Source: Raillietiella orientalis (Eukaryota). From it: a DNA stretch of 64,000 bases. Position 1 is the stretch's first letter. Every line of letters starts with the position of its first letter. This document shows positions 12,732-25,860 of the stretch, in pieces. The stretch covers positions 2,852,001 through 2,916,000 of the forward strand of contig JAYWIR010000014.1 of assembly GCA_036172245.1 (NCBI GenBank), written 5' to 3'. Under the pieces are notes generated by a model. The model saw only the letters and a list, made by a program, of their open reading frames with translations. It searched no databases and was not told the origin of the DNA. The translations under genes and the position numbers were made by a program.

Positions 12732-14439
12732 AAAAGCACGCACATCAATCTCTTAATTGCAATATAAGGGGGAGGAGCTCCAGCAGCAGCAGCAGCAGCA
12801 GCTCTTTTAAAGTTTCCGGAACGTTTTCCGAACGCGAACAGTCTCAGCTTTTTTATGAAGCTGTGAGCGGCCGTTTCATCGCGAAGATCTTCTACCAGGG
12901 GAAAAAAAAGAAAAAAAAAATAAACGTCGTTTTTCCCCTTCCATTAACGGAAATTCGTAATTCACTCAGATCTCCATGGGTGCACATGAGCTCCATCTCC
13001 ACTACTTAACGAATCCTGGCTGATTGGTTTAAAAAAAAATGGCTTCCGTCTTCCCCTTCCCCTGGAAAGTTGCGCCGCGCCCATTTTTTCGGGCGAGGCT
13101 CTGCGGTTTGGTGGCTCCCTACAAAAAATTTAGGGAAAGAACTCAGGCCCATTTTTTTTTTCTTTTTCTAATTTCCTTGGAGTTTTTTCCTATGCTGACT
13201 TGGGTGACCTCAGTGACCTTCCTCCGCGCCCCCAAAACCAGAATTTCCTTGCAACGGGAACCACTTTTTGCGTGTTTAGAAGGCACCCACCGAACCGCCT
13301 CGGGGAACGCGCATTTCTTATGCGAAGATTCAGTACCATCCGTGAACGAAGGGACTTCTGGTCCTCCTCCACGTCGCGCTACCTTGCGTCCATTAATAAG
13401 AGATCACTTGCACGCGGTCCTGGGGCCATTTTCATTTCCGTGTCGGGGGCGGCACCGGAGAGAGTTCCGTTCCGAGGCAGAACTGTGATCTGCCGCCGCT
13501 CTCTCCGTGAAACGAGTTTGCGGCGGGCTGGGGTGGTGCTGCGGTCGGGTTGACCCGCATTGCAGTGCGCGCCACCGCCTGAAGACTTTTGAACGGAAGG
13601 TGCTTTGTGACCGTTTCACAGGCCACGGGAAAGAGAGAAAGAGAGAGAGGGGGAGGGGAAGGGCTGAGTGTTGGCTAGAACTGCGTCCCCAGCTCGCCCC
13701 CGTTCCGAGCAGCGAGCGCCAGCTCCAGCTGCTTGCCAGTGAGGTGGCGCGAGCTGCCCTCCCTCGAACCCCAGGAAAAGCGTGTCCTTGGGGAGGGCTC
13801 GCATGGGGTGGTCGTTCGGGGGAGGGGGTTCGGAGGGACGTCGTCTTCGCCCCTCCTTTCGCCGTCGCCCGTTCTCTCCTTCCCCGGTGATTCCGGCGCT
13901 CGTCGGGAGATGGCACTGGCCGATCTGCTCTTCGCTTTCCACAACCGTCCTCGCGTTGAGCTGTTCCCGTCGAACGTTCGGATTTCCTCGCAGGAACCGT
14001 TCTGAAAGGGGAGCAGCAGCAGCACACCCCTCGAGCACCGGATTCACATCCTCCCTCCCCTTTCGTCCTGTGTGGGAAAGGGGCAATGGAAAAAAAAAAA
14101 GCGGAAGCGCTGGCCGTGCGAAGGGAAGAGTTGCGCAACTCTCGCTCCGCCGGGAGGGGTTTCTGCAGAGGAGCTTCCGGGTTCTTCCCGGACAGCGTCG
14201 CCATCACCGCGAGCGGGGGGGAAGGGAAGAGTGGGACAGGTCACGGGTGCGGACTGTGGTGCTACTGAGCAGGGCAGAGTGTCGCTTGACGAGGAGGAGA
14301 ATAACGAATGATCCCATCTTCTTTTGGGCAAGGGAGAGGAGGGAGCAGAGGAAGTGAGGAGGGTCAAGGCGAGGCCTTCTCCATTTTAAGAGCATGTGCG
14401 TCGCGAATGAGGGAGAAGAAAACGGCCGGCAGTCCGACT

Positions 14440-17400
14440 TCCTCTGCGGTCTGCTGTGCGCGGGAGAAAGACACGCCAAATGGCCTCAGGTATTGTCACT
14501 GCTGCCACCCATCCCCTCCTCTCATCTTCCTTTTCCTTTCGCACGAAATCTGGGAATCGACTCTTCGGCATACCCCGAGGTGGTAGGGGAGAAGGCCTTA
14601 GGGCTGCTGTCGCCTCCGCGAGTTTGCAAAGTGATCCTTGGTTGCTGCCTCCCTTCCCTCTTCGTCTTCTTCCTTCCTTGAGACGGCAGGAGAGATCCTG
14701 ATCCAAGTCTTTCAGATGCAGAAGTTCCCCGATGCTTTCTCCTCCTCCTCTATGTAAGAAACACGAGGCTCCTTCCCGATGAGTCGCTACTGCTGCGGTT
14801 GCTAAGCACTTCTGAGCAGGCAACCGCTGTGCGGTGCTCTCAGGGACGCTTCCGGCGGCCCTTCGGGGAAACGGCGCTTCTGGGAAGAGGAGTAACGGTT
14901 CCTTTTTCCCGAAAAATCCTTTTCCGGGATCCCACAGACTCCCTATCCGCGGGGTGAGAAATCATCTTCGATCCCCGATGTCTCCTTCGCGCCGTCTCCC
15001 TGAGGGCGGAGGAAGGCGGAGCCCTCATCTGTCCTATTTCGAGACCGGAGAGGCTCTCGCCCGTTCCGCCTCTTCTTCCGAATCTGGTGGAGTCCCCGGT
15101 GGTCCGTAGGTCTGCCCCTGCAGCTCCAGTGGAGCCGCCTTGTCCCGCCCCGAGGACGTCATCATCCGCATGCTGGGTGAGTGGTCAGTCTCAGGGATGC
15201 ATGCATGCAAGTGAAAAGTATCTTCCCACACCGTGATTTTGAAGCTCCATCTGTCTGAGAGGAAGGGAATGGAGGGGGGCGGGGGGAAGGAAACTTTGTT
15301 GAATTGCGGTGGGGGAACAGGGATAGGGAAGAGCTACCGAAGGCGGGGAAGATGGAAGTGGGGATGCGAGGTGACTCCTGCGCTCCTGCACTTGCTGGGG
15401 GCACTGACCACTGTTTTCTGAAGGGGACGGGAACGGATCGTCCTAGGAGATTCCTTATTACCCTGGAGGATCCAGCTGCCCTTTCAGAGTCCAAGAAAGA
15501 GTGGTGGGAGGGTCAGCGAACCTCGGGAGGAGCGCGCAGCAGCAGGACCGCCAGCGGAGAAGCCGGAGGGCCGTATCCCACTCTTCCAACGGTCCGGCAT
15601 CCTCTCGAGCTGACCTCGGAGCGCGTCTGCCAAGCAGCTGCATGCTGAAGACCAACTGAGATGAACGGAAGGGAAGGCGAATTGGTAGGCTGCAAGAAAA
15701 GAGGGCACCAGGAGCTTGCTATGGTCCCACGTCCTTCCGGTTGTCTTCCGAGGACGGCTCCGAAGGACGACGGAGAGCAAGAGTTCTTCCCTCGCATCCG
15801 AACTACGGCGCGAGGAGGCATGTCCTCTGACCTCCTCTCCCCGCCGTTTCCGCAGGGGCAGAGCCCCCAGAGCACTGCCTTCTGGTTTCTTCCACTTTCT
15901 ACCGGTTCGCAGCGAGGAGTCCCTCCTAAGAGAGGCTTGTTCCGGGGCGCAGGAAGTCTTCACTTCCTCGAACCGACCTCCGCGTATCTTCGGATTCATC
16001 TCACTCCCCCTCCACCCTCTCTTTTGCTCTTCCCGACTTACGAGCACTCTTTGCCGAGAGAAGGGAAGCGATCATCTTCCGGGAGGTTCGAGAGGGCGGC
16101 AGCGGACGTGCCCGCAAGAGAGGAGCCGCAAATGCCAAAGAGTAGAGAGCGGAATCTGTCGACGCGCCTGCGCCTGTGTCTTCCTTTCGGGTTCTCCCGC
16201 TGTTACTTCTCATCGAGACCGTTGCCATTGCTGTTGGCCGTCGTCCTCGTTGCTGCCTATCTCCAGCGCTTCACCGGTCCGTCGCGAAATGCACAGGCCA
16301 TCATCACGCACCGCACCTGAGAGCCTTCGGGGTCGGCAAGGCGAACGCCCTTTTCCCGATATTCCATTGGAAGACGATGCTCCTGAAGGCCTGCCACGGC
16401 CTGCTCTTCGTTCTTCATCCGTGATCACGCCCAAAGATGACTCAGGGAAGCAGAATGACTCATGAGGCCGCTGGAAGCGCGTCGTGGCGACATGGTATCG
16501 CTCAGAGAAATCAGCATGACTCGCTGACGCCCACGGATAGGGAAAGTTCGAGAAGCGTCGAAATTCTGGTAGGGGGTGCGAGATGGAAGGAAAAAAAGAA
16601 TGACAAGAAGATGCTACATCCAGAGGCGGGGTTGACTTCCTTTCGTTCCAGTTTTGAGGTCCTGGTAAAAGGTTTCCGTCGGAAAGGCATTCGCAATCTC
16701 CCGCACATGGCGGCAATTCATCTTCCAATCGGTAAGTGGTGCACCTTCGAAGAGCAAGAGGAAGAAGCATCGTCGCGTCGGCGTCCTGCACACGCAGCTC
16801 CTACTTTTAGATCCGAGAATGCCGGAATTTTGGTCCAGATGAAACGGATGTTCCGGTCCACTTCCTTTCCTTTCTCCGCGACGGGCAGCTACTAGACTTC
16901 TCACCTCCTTGGAAAGGCTTGCGGAAATGGTGGCTCAAAGAAGAGAAGGTCGCATTTCTAGGGCTAGGCGACCGATCTCTTCTTCCTGGTATGGGGCGCG
17001 TCGCTTGCTGAACGGATGCCAGAATGCCACCTGTGACAGGGAAGGGGGAGGAATTGGAATGGGATGGAGAAGGAGGAATGGAGGATGAGAAAAGGAAGTA
17101 AGAGAATGGAGTGGGAGGAATGGAGAGAGGGGAGGAATGGTGAAGTGGAGGAGGAGGAATGGAGAGGGGGAGGAAGAGCAATAGGAAGGAGACTTTGTCG
17201 AAGTATGGAGCTGCATTAGCTGCACTGCTCTGCGTCGGATCTACTCAGGTGAAGATGGTCGTTTGCAAGGTGGCTCAGAGTATTGAACCCCTCCTCCTTG
17301 AAAGTTATCTCCGGAAACAAAGTCGAGCATCTCCTTCAGGGTAAGACGGGCCCGAGAGCCCTTTGGCATTCTGTGGACTGTGAATCGCCTTATTTTGTCC

Positions 17401-20000
17401 AGAAGGAAGAGACCAGACACTTCGCCAACGCTCCTGCGCGGTGCGGTGCGGCGCTCGCTATGCATTCCGAAGGGGTGAAGCGGAATTTCCGGGCAAGCGA
17501 AGGATGCAGCTGGAGCGCGCATATCCGGGAGCGTAGGTAACCGTGCACGAAACCCGGCCCGCCGAGGGTGGAGACTTCACGCGACAGAGAGTGACCCTCA
17601 TTCCAGCAGGGAGCTACACGGGCCACGCTCGTCGCAGTCCCTTCCCCCGAGAAGAGTCTCCGCGTGCTTCCTGGAACTGGGCGTGCGCCCATATCGGAGG
17701 CGGGCAGGGGCGGATCAGTGCTTCCTGCCTTCTGCTGCGCCTAAGCAGACTTCTCGGGGAACGACCGGTTTTGTCAAGGGATGAGGTGATTTCGATGATG
17801 CGACCTACCCCCTAGGGGTGGGGTGGGGGACATGAGGGGTTGCGCTGTCGCGAGCTGATTCGAGAACCCACGAGAATCCGGCGGAACGGCGTGCAGATCC
17901 CCCTCCCAGCATCCCCTTCGTCCTCGGTGAAGCGAAGACGAAGGATGCTGGGAGGAAGCGAGAGCTAAGCAAAGCGAAACGAAGGGGAAAAGGGTCTTAG
18001 GCTGAGGGTCACGGGGTCGCGCCGGTCTCTCGTGAGAAGTGAGCTTTTTGGTATGTAGAAGCTAAGAATCCCCGAAAGAGTGGCCGCAATGACCCTGGAA
18101 GGGGAAAGCTAACAATCCATCCCCTCCTCCAAGCCCGTCCCCGTGTCGGAGATTTTCTGGGGAAGAAGACGGCAGGATTACGTCTGTTTCGGTCTCGTTC
18201 TCCCAGGGACGAAACGGCGGGCACAGAGGATAGCAAACAAGAGAGGGAAACGTCGGGCTTGAGTGGGAAGAAGGGGAAGGGGGTAAGGAGGACAAAGGGA
18301 TAGGGAAGAGTACCTCTCTCAGATCAGTGAGGGGAAGAGGGAGGCGTCTCTCGGAGCGGAGGAAAGTCCTTCGACGTACAAATGGCGACTCCTGCCGGGA
18401 CTCAAGCGAACCACGGACATTCCCGGAGACCCAGAAGGTTTTCTCTGGATCCAATCCCAGATTCTTAGGGGGTGCCTTCCTGAACCCGGTCGCCACGGGA
18501 AACGGGACATGAAGCGGAATAAAGGAAAGGAGGAAGAAGGGAAAGCGATGGAGTTCCCGCGAACTTTGATCTGCCGAAGGGGAGCCACCCTCCTCCGGCT
18601 TTCGGAGAACGCCTGGCGGGAGACTCGACCCCCACCGGCAGGATCCACGGATCCCAGAAGCAGCAGCAGAAACGATGCCTCGGAAACTCCTGGAGGAGCT
18701 GTTCCTCCCCGCGCTTCCTCGTCAGGTGTTGGACAGTCCTCCGAGGTGCACCATTGGCTGCTGATGCGGCCGGCCGGAGGGCTGTTGAGCTTTCGAGGGG
18801 CGTCATCCGCCCCGACTTCTCCCTCTTCGCTGACTTCGCACCTTCCTTGACTCATCTGCGGAGCGCGGGTTGGAAGAGTCAAGACACGCAGTGGATGCTG
18901 GGGGTCTTTTTGGGTAGGGAGGAAGGGGAAGGGTCGGTGGTTGCAGGGCGCAAAAGAAGCGCGCAGAGGGGTGGCGAGACGCCTCCTTTCGAGAAGAGAA
19001 TTAAGTGCTCCTGAGAGGGTGGAGGTGGGTGGGGTGGGGGTGGAGGAGAATCTGAGCGCAGTGATTGGAAGCTGGGGACAGGGGGACTTCTTCGTCTGCC
19101 CCCTGAGACTCGCGCGGCTACCTCCACCGGAAGGCTGCCCATGGAAGCTCTCCGAAGACGACGCGGGCCCAGGTGGTGGACCTAGTCCTTCCTCCGGGCA
19201 CGGGAAGGAGTGGAAAAATGGGAAAGCGAAGGACCCAGGAAGAATAAAGGGAATGGAGGAGAACGGAAGGCACGGAGTCGGCGGTGTTCCCTTGAAGTCG
19301 CCACAGTTTTTCCCTCCGTCCGCCCACCCCCCACCGCGTCCTTCTTCGGGGCAAGAGAGGCTTGCGAGTCCCTCTCAATTTGGGAAAAGGAAAGGAGGGG
19401 GGGCAGAGGAGGTGCCCAATCCCGAGTGCAGTCTCGGAGAGGGTCCGCACCACCCATCCGGAATATCAGGTCAGGCGGGACCGATGCGTGGGTCGAGTCG
19501 CACCTCCTACGAGGTTCTTCCCTCTCCAGTCCACCTCCTCCACGGTCCGGACTGATCTTGGGGGTTTCGCGGGGGGCAGAAGGAGATGCGAGAGAGCGTC
19601 GGGAAAAAGGAAGGAGGTGTTTCCGATCGCGCTCTTCGAGGAACGGCTCCGTGACGAAGGAAGGATGCTGGTTTGCTGCAGTTTCCGGTGAGAACGAAAG
19701 GGGACGGAGCCCGAAGGGGAGGATTCGCTCTGGTCCATCCCTCTTTCAGGTAGCATCCTGGTTCACGTCGATGGGTGAGGGCAAGAAGAAGCCAGCCAGT
19801 TGCGAAGACGAGAGCGTGAGAGGGCGTCGAATCGACGAGCACCTTGGAAACGGTCGCCGTGATTCTCTTGTTCGCCGTTGTTTTGCGAGCGCGGCGGCGG
19901 TCCGCCCACGATGGCTTCCGCACCTGCGCACGGAGGTCGCAACAAGGAGCGACCAACAGGAGCAAGAGGACGGGGTCGTCTCCTGGGAGAGTCGCGCCCC
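14440..20000 (-). mobile_element. Decayed near full-length L1/Tx1-like LINE (ORF1 plus ORF2 relic)
   Basis: Motifs in order along the minus strand: ORF1-like WTGEGRTS*EVRLDP (~19520); endonuclease YQKAHF (LQETH, ~18050); RT FRRFSNFPYP..HADF..VATTRFQ (~16550), PHESFCFPES, WNIGKRAF (D..KAF, ~16355); IRNLLG..VPPASAG (~15440); C-terminal CFLHRGGGESIGELL and AIWR (~14480). Confidence 0.6.
17040..17190. repeat. Purine-rich GGA/GAATGGA low-complexity repeat
   Basis: Directly visible; interrupts the LINE relic. Confidence 0.8.
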
Positions 20001-20349
20001 TTGAGGCAGCGGAAAGGTTACGGAGGAAAGTCCCGAAAATCGGCACAGATGCGACTCCGACTTCTTCATTGCCTGGAGGCAAGAAGGCGGAAAGTGGCCA
20101 GAAGGTGGAGGAGGAGGAAGAAGAAGAAAGCAACCTTTCGGGAGAGGACGCCGTTCCAGGATACCGCGCTGCTGCTGTTGCAGCATCAACTGACCCGCAG
20201 CAGCAGGGTCGCGCGCTTCCAAGCGAAAACGGTCAAGCTGCGCAGGCTAACCCCGTCGGGAAGGGGCGGACAGGACTTACACGCTCAGAAAGAAAGGCGT
20301 GGTGGGGAGGGGGGAAGAAAAGGCCCCGGGAGTGGACAGGATCCTGCGG

Positions 20350-21800
20350 CGAATTCATGTATCTGTCCCGCTGTCCGGACGATAGCTGCCTCTCTGGGGA
20401 CTTCTTTCTGTCTCTCCCACGCCCTATCCTCTCTCATGGTGATGAGACTGCGCGCGAAAGAGTGCGACGGGTCACATGGTAGCTGAAGGCGCAGAGAGTC
20501 CCTTGCGAAACCTCGCCTCCTCCACCCACGCTGCAAGAAGCGTACTGCAGTGGTGGCGTTCCAGCCAGGAGCGGCTCCTGTGGAGATGGGTCGCGGACGA
20601 CCCGATCCACAGGAGGTCCACAGGTCGCGCTCCCTCGTGGACCCGGGTCCACGAGGGAGCGCGGAAGGCCCACGTGACCGATCTGTTTTGCCAGCCCCTC
20701 CCCTCCTGGGCGAAGAGAGACGTTGGTCTGGAAGAAGAATATTCGGGAGGGATCGCTGCAGAAAACCAGAAAAGGAGGGAGGCGGGAGGGAGGGTAAGAA
20801 GGGGCAGGAGGCAGAAGGCTCAGGTGGCGCAACATGGCTCCACGTAGCTTCGCACAGTCTTGAGCACGGGTAATATCGTAGCCGAGGAAGGCGACTGACG
20901 CGCGATTATTGCTAGTTGAAAACGCTCCAGCGCACGCCGCCGAGCTCAGATAAGGGAGGCAGGGGATGTTCTGAAGCCACGCCGATTGGCCTTCGGGCGA
21001 AAGGATGCCTTCCCATCGCCATCTTCCCCGTACGGACCGGCGCCCACGCGAGTGGCTCCGCTGTACCGCTGGAACGAGACGGACTCCCTGGTTCCCTCCT
21101 GGGTCTCCACCGGGAGTTTCCGCGGGAAAGGGGGTAAGCAAGGGGAGGCTGCAGCAGGACTCCTTTGGTCATAAATGCGGGGGGCACACAAAGGAACTCC
21201 TGGCGTACCTGGTAGGTCACCTCGAGGGCGTGTCCCCCAGCCGGATGTGGTCTGAACGCTCGGCGCCACGACGATACAGAGAATCTCATGCCCGCGGCAC
21301 TTCCAAGGAGGAGAAGGAGGTGAAGAGGAAAAGGTGCGATGGAGCTGAGGGAGGAAGAGGAGGAGGATCGCGGATGAGCGAAACTGGATCTCCGAACAGG
21401 AAACTTGCGCATCCGTGGGAGACGAGGAGGAAGGGAGGAGGCGAAAGGAAGAGGAGGGAGAAAGGAGAAGTAGGAAGAGAGGAAAAAGAGAAGGAGGAGG
21501 ATAAAGGGGAAAGAGGGGAAAGGGAGGAGGAAGGAGCGTCATTTCCACTTCCGGGTGAGCCGTTTTAGCGGAAACCTGCAGAAAGCGCGCCATCCGGGAA
21601 AAGAAGGGAGGGAGAATCTCTGCTGTTGGCAACGCGCAGAATGGCGACACCAAGACGGTTTCCCAATAGGAGTGATCGTGGGGGAACATCCTCCCCCCCG
21701 GAGGATCTGAAGGGCACGTTCCCGTAGCCTTGACCCCCCCGAAAAGAATGGCGGGTAGTCGCCGTTGTCCCTCGCACCCTGGTGACCGCAAGTCCTACCC
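20350..21800 (-). mobile_element. Decayed LINE 5' portion (ORF1 plus endonuclease)
   Basis: ORF1-like TVLVSPFCALPTAEILPPFFSRM and DHIRLG/GHALEVTYQ. Endonuclease-like AWLQNIP, FSTSNNRASVAFL, RIFFF..IGHVG and VRDP..PPLQY. Confidence 0.5.
20626..20663. repeat. Perfect 38-bp palindrome with no spacer
   Basis: CGCGCTCCCTCGTGGACCC|GGGTCCACGAGGGAGCGCG; the two arms are exact reverse complements. Confidence 0.97.
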
Positions 21801-22399
21801 TCTCTCCATCCGAGGCTTAAGCACGCTAAGGGGAAGGGCCACGTTCATTTCCGGTCATCAGGGGCGAGGCACAACCTCTTGACTCGGAACCCTCTGCAGC
21901 CCGGGGAGTCGCGTCCCCAAGGCGGAGCGTGGACAGGAGGAAGCGTCCCCCAGACCGTGGATGGCGCGCCCAGAAAGCGCGCTCGTCCGCTGCCCGGCTG
22001 CTAACGAGATGATGCTTTATCAGGGAGCTGCGATCAGTGGGGGGGATGATGCTGCCGCCTCATCTCCGCTGCTGCTGCTCCTCCTCCCTTCCTCCGCGAG
22101 GGCAATTGGCGCTGCAGGAACGACCCGCACGACCCGGGCGAGAAACGGGCAGCGTCCGCTCGATGGACGCCACCGTCGGCGCTCAGCAGGAGGACAAGCG
22201 CGGCTCTTCGAACTCGGAAGCACCCGCGGGGGAACGGCTCGCGGCCCTCCCGCGTCGTTGCGGGAGCGTCGTCGTAAGCGTCGCCGTGGCGGGGAAGCGT
22301 GCCGAGGCGGTGGGAGGACCGCGCGGGGCGGGGGCCTCCGAGGGAGATCAAATTGAAAGATCATCGTCCCTAGCCCGCCCCGGCTGAATTCATCCGGAG

Positions 22400-24560
22400 G
22401 CGTTTGGAATTTCATCGAAAGTGACGCCACTCGCCGCGCGAGGACACCGAGTGTCGCAGAGGGCGCGCGCGCGCCAGGCGGCGGTCGTGCCCACTCTATC
22501 GGGGCCAGCCACGGGTCCCGCAAGCACTCGAGTTCCAAGGACGGGGGGAGGGGGGGGGGAGAGGGTACTTCGGGCGCGCTCCAAGCGACAGCGCGGTTGC
22601 CGCGGCGACCGCGGATGACGCGCGCGCCGAGGCGCTGCCTGCCGCGGACCGTCTCGCGGCACGCCGCGGAAGGGACCTGCCGCCTCCAAGCTGCGCGCGT
22701 CCAGAAGGGGGCGCCACGTCTCCCCGCGGAAAGAGTCGAGAGAGACCCCCCTCCCGCCACGTGGAAGGGGCGGGCAAGCCGTGCTTGGAAGCTCTGCGGC
22801 TGCGCTGCTCCTGGGATGACCGGACTACGAGGGCCTCTCCTCGGAGTCGTAGCAGCGACGTAGTTCGCGGCGGCGGCACGCGCAGGCGGAGCCGTTGCGA
22901 AATTTCCCGCGGGGAAACGCTTCGGTCCGTTCCCGGGTGGACGCTATCCACTTCCGCGGCGCTCTTGTCGGACGCAGCCAGGCCGTCGCGCCGATGAGTC
23001 CACTGTTGCCAAGGATGGTTTCCGGGAGACCGAGGTCCGGCTCCTCGTAGCGGTCGGCTTTCGCTCCGTGCACCGGGAGACGACCGCGTCGCCCTAGGCA
23101 CCCATGGAGACGGCCGCAGAAGCCTGCGGTCTCGCCGCCTGCTCTCGTTTTCTCGAGCCAGTGAGGCGGGAGACTCGCGGTCTCTGGTGGACTCACGTCC
23201 ACTTCTTCGGCTGAGCGGGGACACGTTCGGCTTTCACCACACACTCGAATCTGATCGCGCGAGCGTCCGAAGACAAACAAACGGCGCTCGAGGGAGCCAC
23301 CGGCTGTCGGCTGCTCCGCTCTCACCACCTTCCCGGGCGCTTCAGCTTGGCACGTCACGCACGGGCGAACGCCGCTGCTCCGAACACATCATCCGGGCGG
23401 TTCTAACGGAAGGCGCTTCGGCAGCTCCATCTACTGGGGATTTCGAGGACGCTCGGGTCGCACTTGAGTATCTCGAGAAGCGACCGAGACGCCATTTCTT
23501 CGGGGGTGAGGGATGGAGCGCTGCGCGAAGACGGCCGCCAACAATAGGCTCCTGGATGGCGGGTGGAGCTGGGTGCCCTTTTCCAGTTCAAGCAGCTGCC
23601 GGGCCAGCGAACCTCCCCTGCCGAGTGAGCGGGAGCGAGATTCCCACCAATCGCCGTCGGTCAGGAAGGCGCGGGAGGCATGGCGACGGCGAAAAGATCC
23701 GGACGCGGCAGGTTCTGTTTCCGTCAGCGCCGAAATTGTTGGCGTGATTGTTGGCGCAACGGGTGAATGGTCAAGGAAATTGGACGGGAACGTGAAAAGA
23801 GAGAGAGGCCCACTCGGGAAGCGGCGTGCCCTTGGCCAAACCACGACGTTCCTTTGAGAACGAGCACGCTGCCTTTGCATCCGGTTGCAGCTCAAGAGAA
23901 CGCGCCAACCGGTGGCAAACGTGGATCGTGACCGATCCAAGTACGAACCAAGTATCAGTGCCAACGGGCCTCAATGCCGGGTCGATGGCATCCTGAGAGT
24001 TGCTTCTGGTGACTTCTGCATGCAAGGATGATGGAAGGACGCCACAGGCTCTCTGTCCGAATTCGCATCGTGGGCACCGGTCTGGGGAGCAGAAGTCGCC
24101 AGTTCCAGCTGGCGTGCATTCACGTGAGGATGTACATCACGGGAGAGCCATCCTGAAATCGTCAAGCGAAGTGCAGGGATCATCAAGTGTGGATCGTCAG
24201 CACGTTCCGTACATTCTTGGTGTCGAAAGCACTCTGCTGGAGCTGCACAAAGGAGAACTCCGCCTTCAGAACAAAAACCTCGGTCGCTCGCGACTGCCTG
24301 CTCCTCCTTGAGCCACCGGAGGCGTGCCAACTGCTCCACTCTTGTGCAGAGAACCTTGTTGAGCAGCCTCGCATCTCTGGGTTCCGATTTACCTTTCTGA
24401 AACGAGAGCACAATTTGAAACCGATGGGCACATGCTGATGGTCCCGTTGTGCGCCGTTTTCCGTGTAGCTCCCTCTGTGCGTGATCCAAAAGGCGAGAGA
24501 GCTCGTGTGTTCTTGCCCAAAGTGCCCATTTGGTCACCTCCCTGATCGCTCCGAGTAGCA
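22400..24560 (-). mobile_element. Decayed LINE 5' portion (ORF1 plus endonuclease)
   Basis: ORF 23971-24561 and FVLGSVTIHVCH / GQGHAA resemble the ORF1 zinc-knuckle region. Endonuclease-like motifs follow: PDLGLPET (~23030), LPAPSTWRE..LF (~22770), QLGGG (GGDFN, ~22685). Confidence 0.5.
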
Positions 24561-24939
24561 ACGAGCTTCCTGCTCTTTATCTCTTCTCCCCCCTTCTTTC
24601 CATTTTTTGTTTCCCCCCCCCCCCTTCTTCTTCTGCTTTTCTTTCTGTCTTTTTTTATTTTTTCCCGTTTCACGCACATCCAGACTTTGCACAACAGCAT
24701 CCTGCTGAAACTCTCTGGAACAGCGATTCCTTCTTTGCGTGGTTCTTCGCACTCAATATCCAGCAAGATATGATACATTCGGCCATCGTGCTGCACCACC
24801 CTCCTCATTTTAAAGTTATCTCTGTTGTTTAATTGTGGTCCATGGCTGCTTCACATTTCCAAATTTACTTTTCTTTTCGAATACCGACGTCTCTTGTGAT
24901 GCTGCTCTCTGCTTAATACGGCATATGCACGCGGGCTGT

Positions 24940-25860
24940 ACGACTGGTAAAATGTATACATATATATTTTATAAAAGTATGCTGATACCTTTTGTAAATG
25001 GAAAAGTGCTATGTATATATGTATATATACACACACATAAATAGATAGATGGGTACTGATATAAAGGAAATGTACAAATTTTCGTGTACAAGAATTTTCG
25101 ATACCGATAAATGGCACGTAAATGAGTGAATTGATAACCAGTAAATTCGGAATGCACACATGAAATAATAAGAATGGATTCATGCCACATGAATGGAAGC
25201 GAATGCATTTGCCTGCGTGTACATGTACGTGTACATAAGCAATTTATAAATTACCTGGTGGCATGCAAATTTCGTTTCCAATAGGGCGCAGTCCGAATGT
25301 GTTTCGTGCGCGTCATGGGTTCGGGTTCAAAATCCCGTACGATCAGAATCCCGAAAGATCACGAAAAAACAAACACATGTTCTCATTCTGCACAGATTGG
25401 TACACAGATTTACTTTAATACACTCAGTGATTCGTGTTTGATGGCATACATATTACAAATAGTAATATGATTGGAACATATATTTACTGAGATTCAGAGG
25501 CATGTATTTTATTAATATATTCATTGTATACATATATATATGTGAATCATATTAATAAAATATGATATATATATATATATACATATATATTTATTTATAT
25601 TATCTATGAACATTGATGCAATAAGCATTTATATATTTATTTTTTATAATCTTAAACACATACATCAGCGATATAATCAACAGCTTATTCATCATATTAG
25701 TAAAATATATGTTTCTGAATCTTAATAAACATATCTGTTATAATAACGATATCGAAGATTATTAAGAAGTTCGTCTTTATTAAGAAGAGCTGGATGGAAA
25801 ATGTGAGAGCGAGCCTCACTGTTCATAATAGTCATGCTACTACATATGAATGAGTACGTA
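24940..25860. repeat. AT-rich island with (TA)n tracts inside the GC-rich domain
   Basis: Visible TA microsatellites at about 24950-25030 and 25525-25600. Confidence 0.75.

Noticed and set aside
12740..12810. TATA-like promoter (AATATAAG) followed by (CAG)n
   Set aside because: No downstream gene could be supported, and the motif is too short to call
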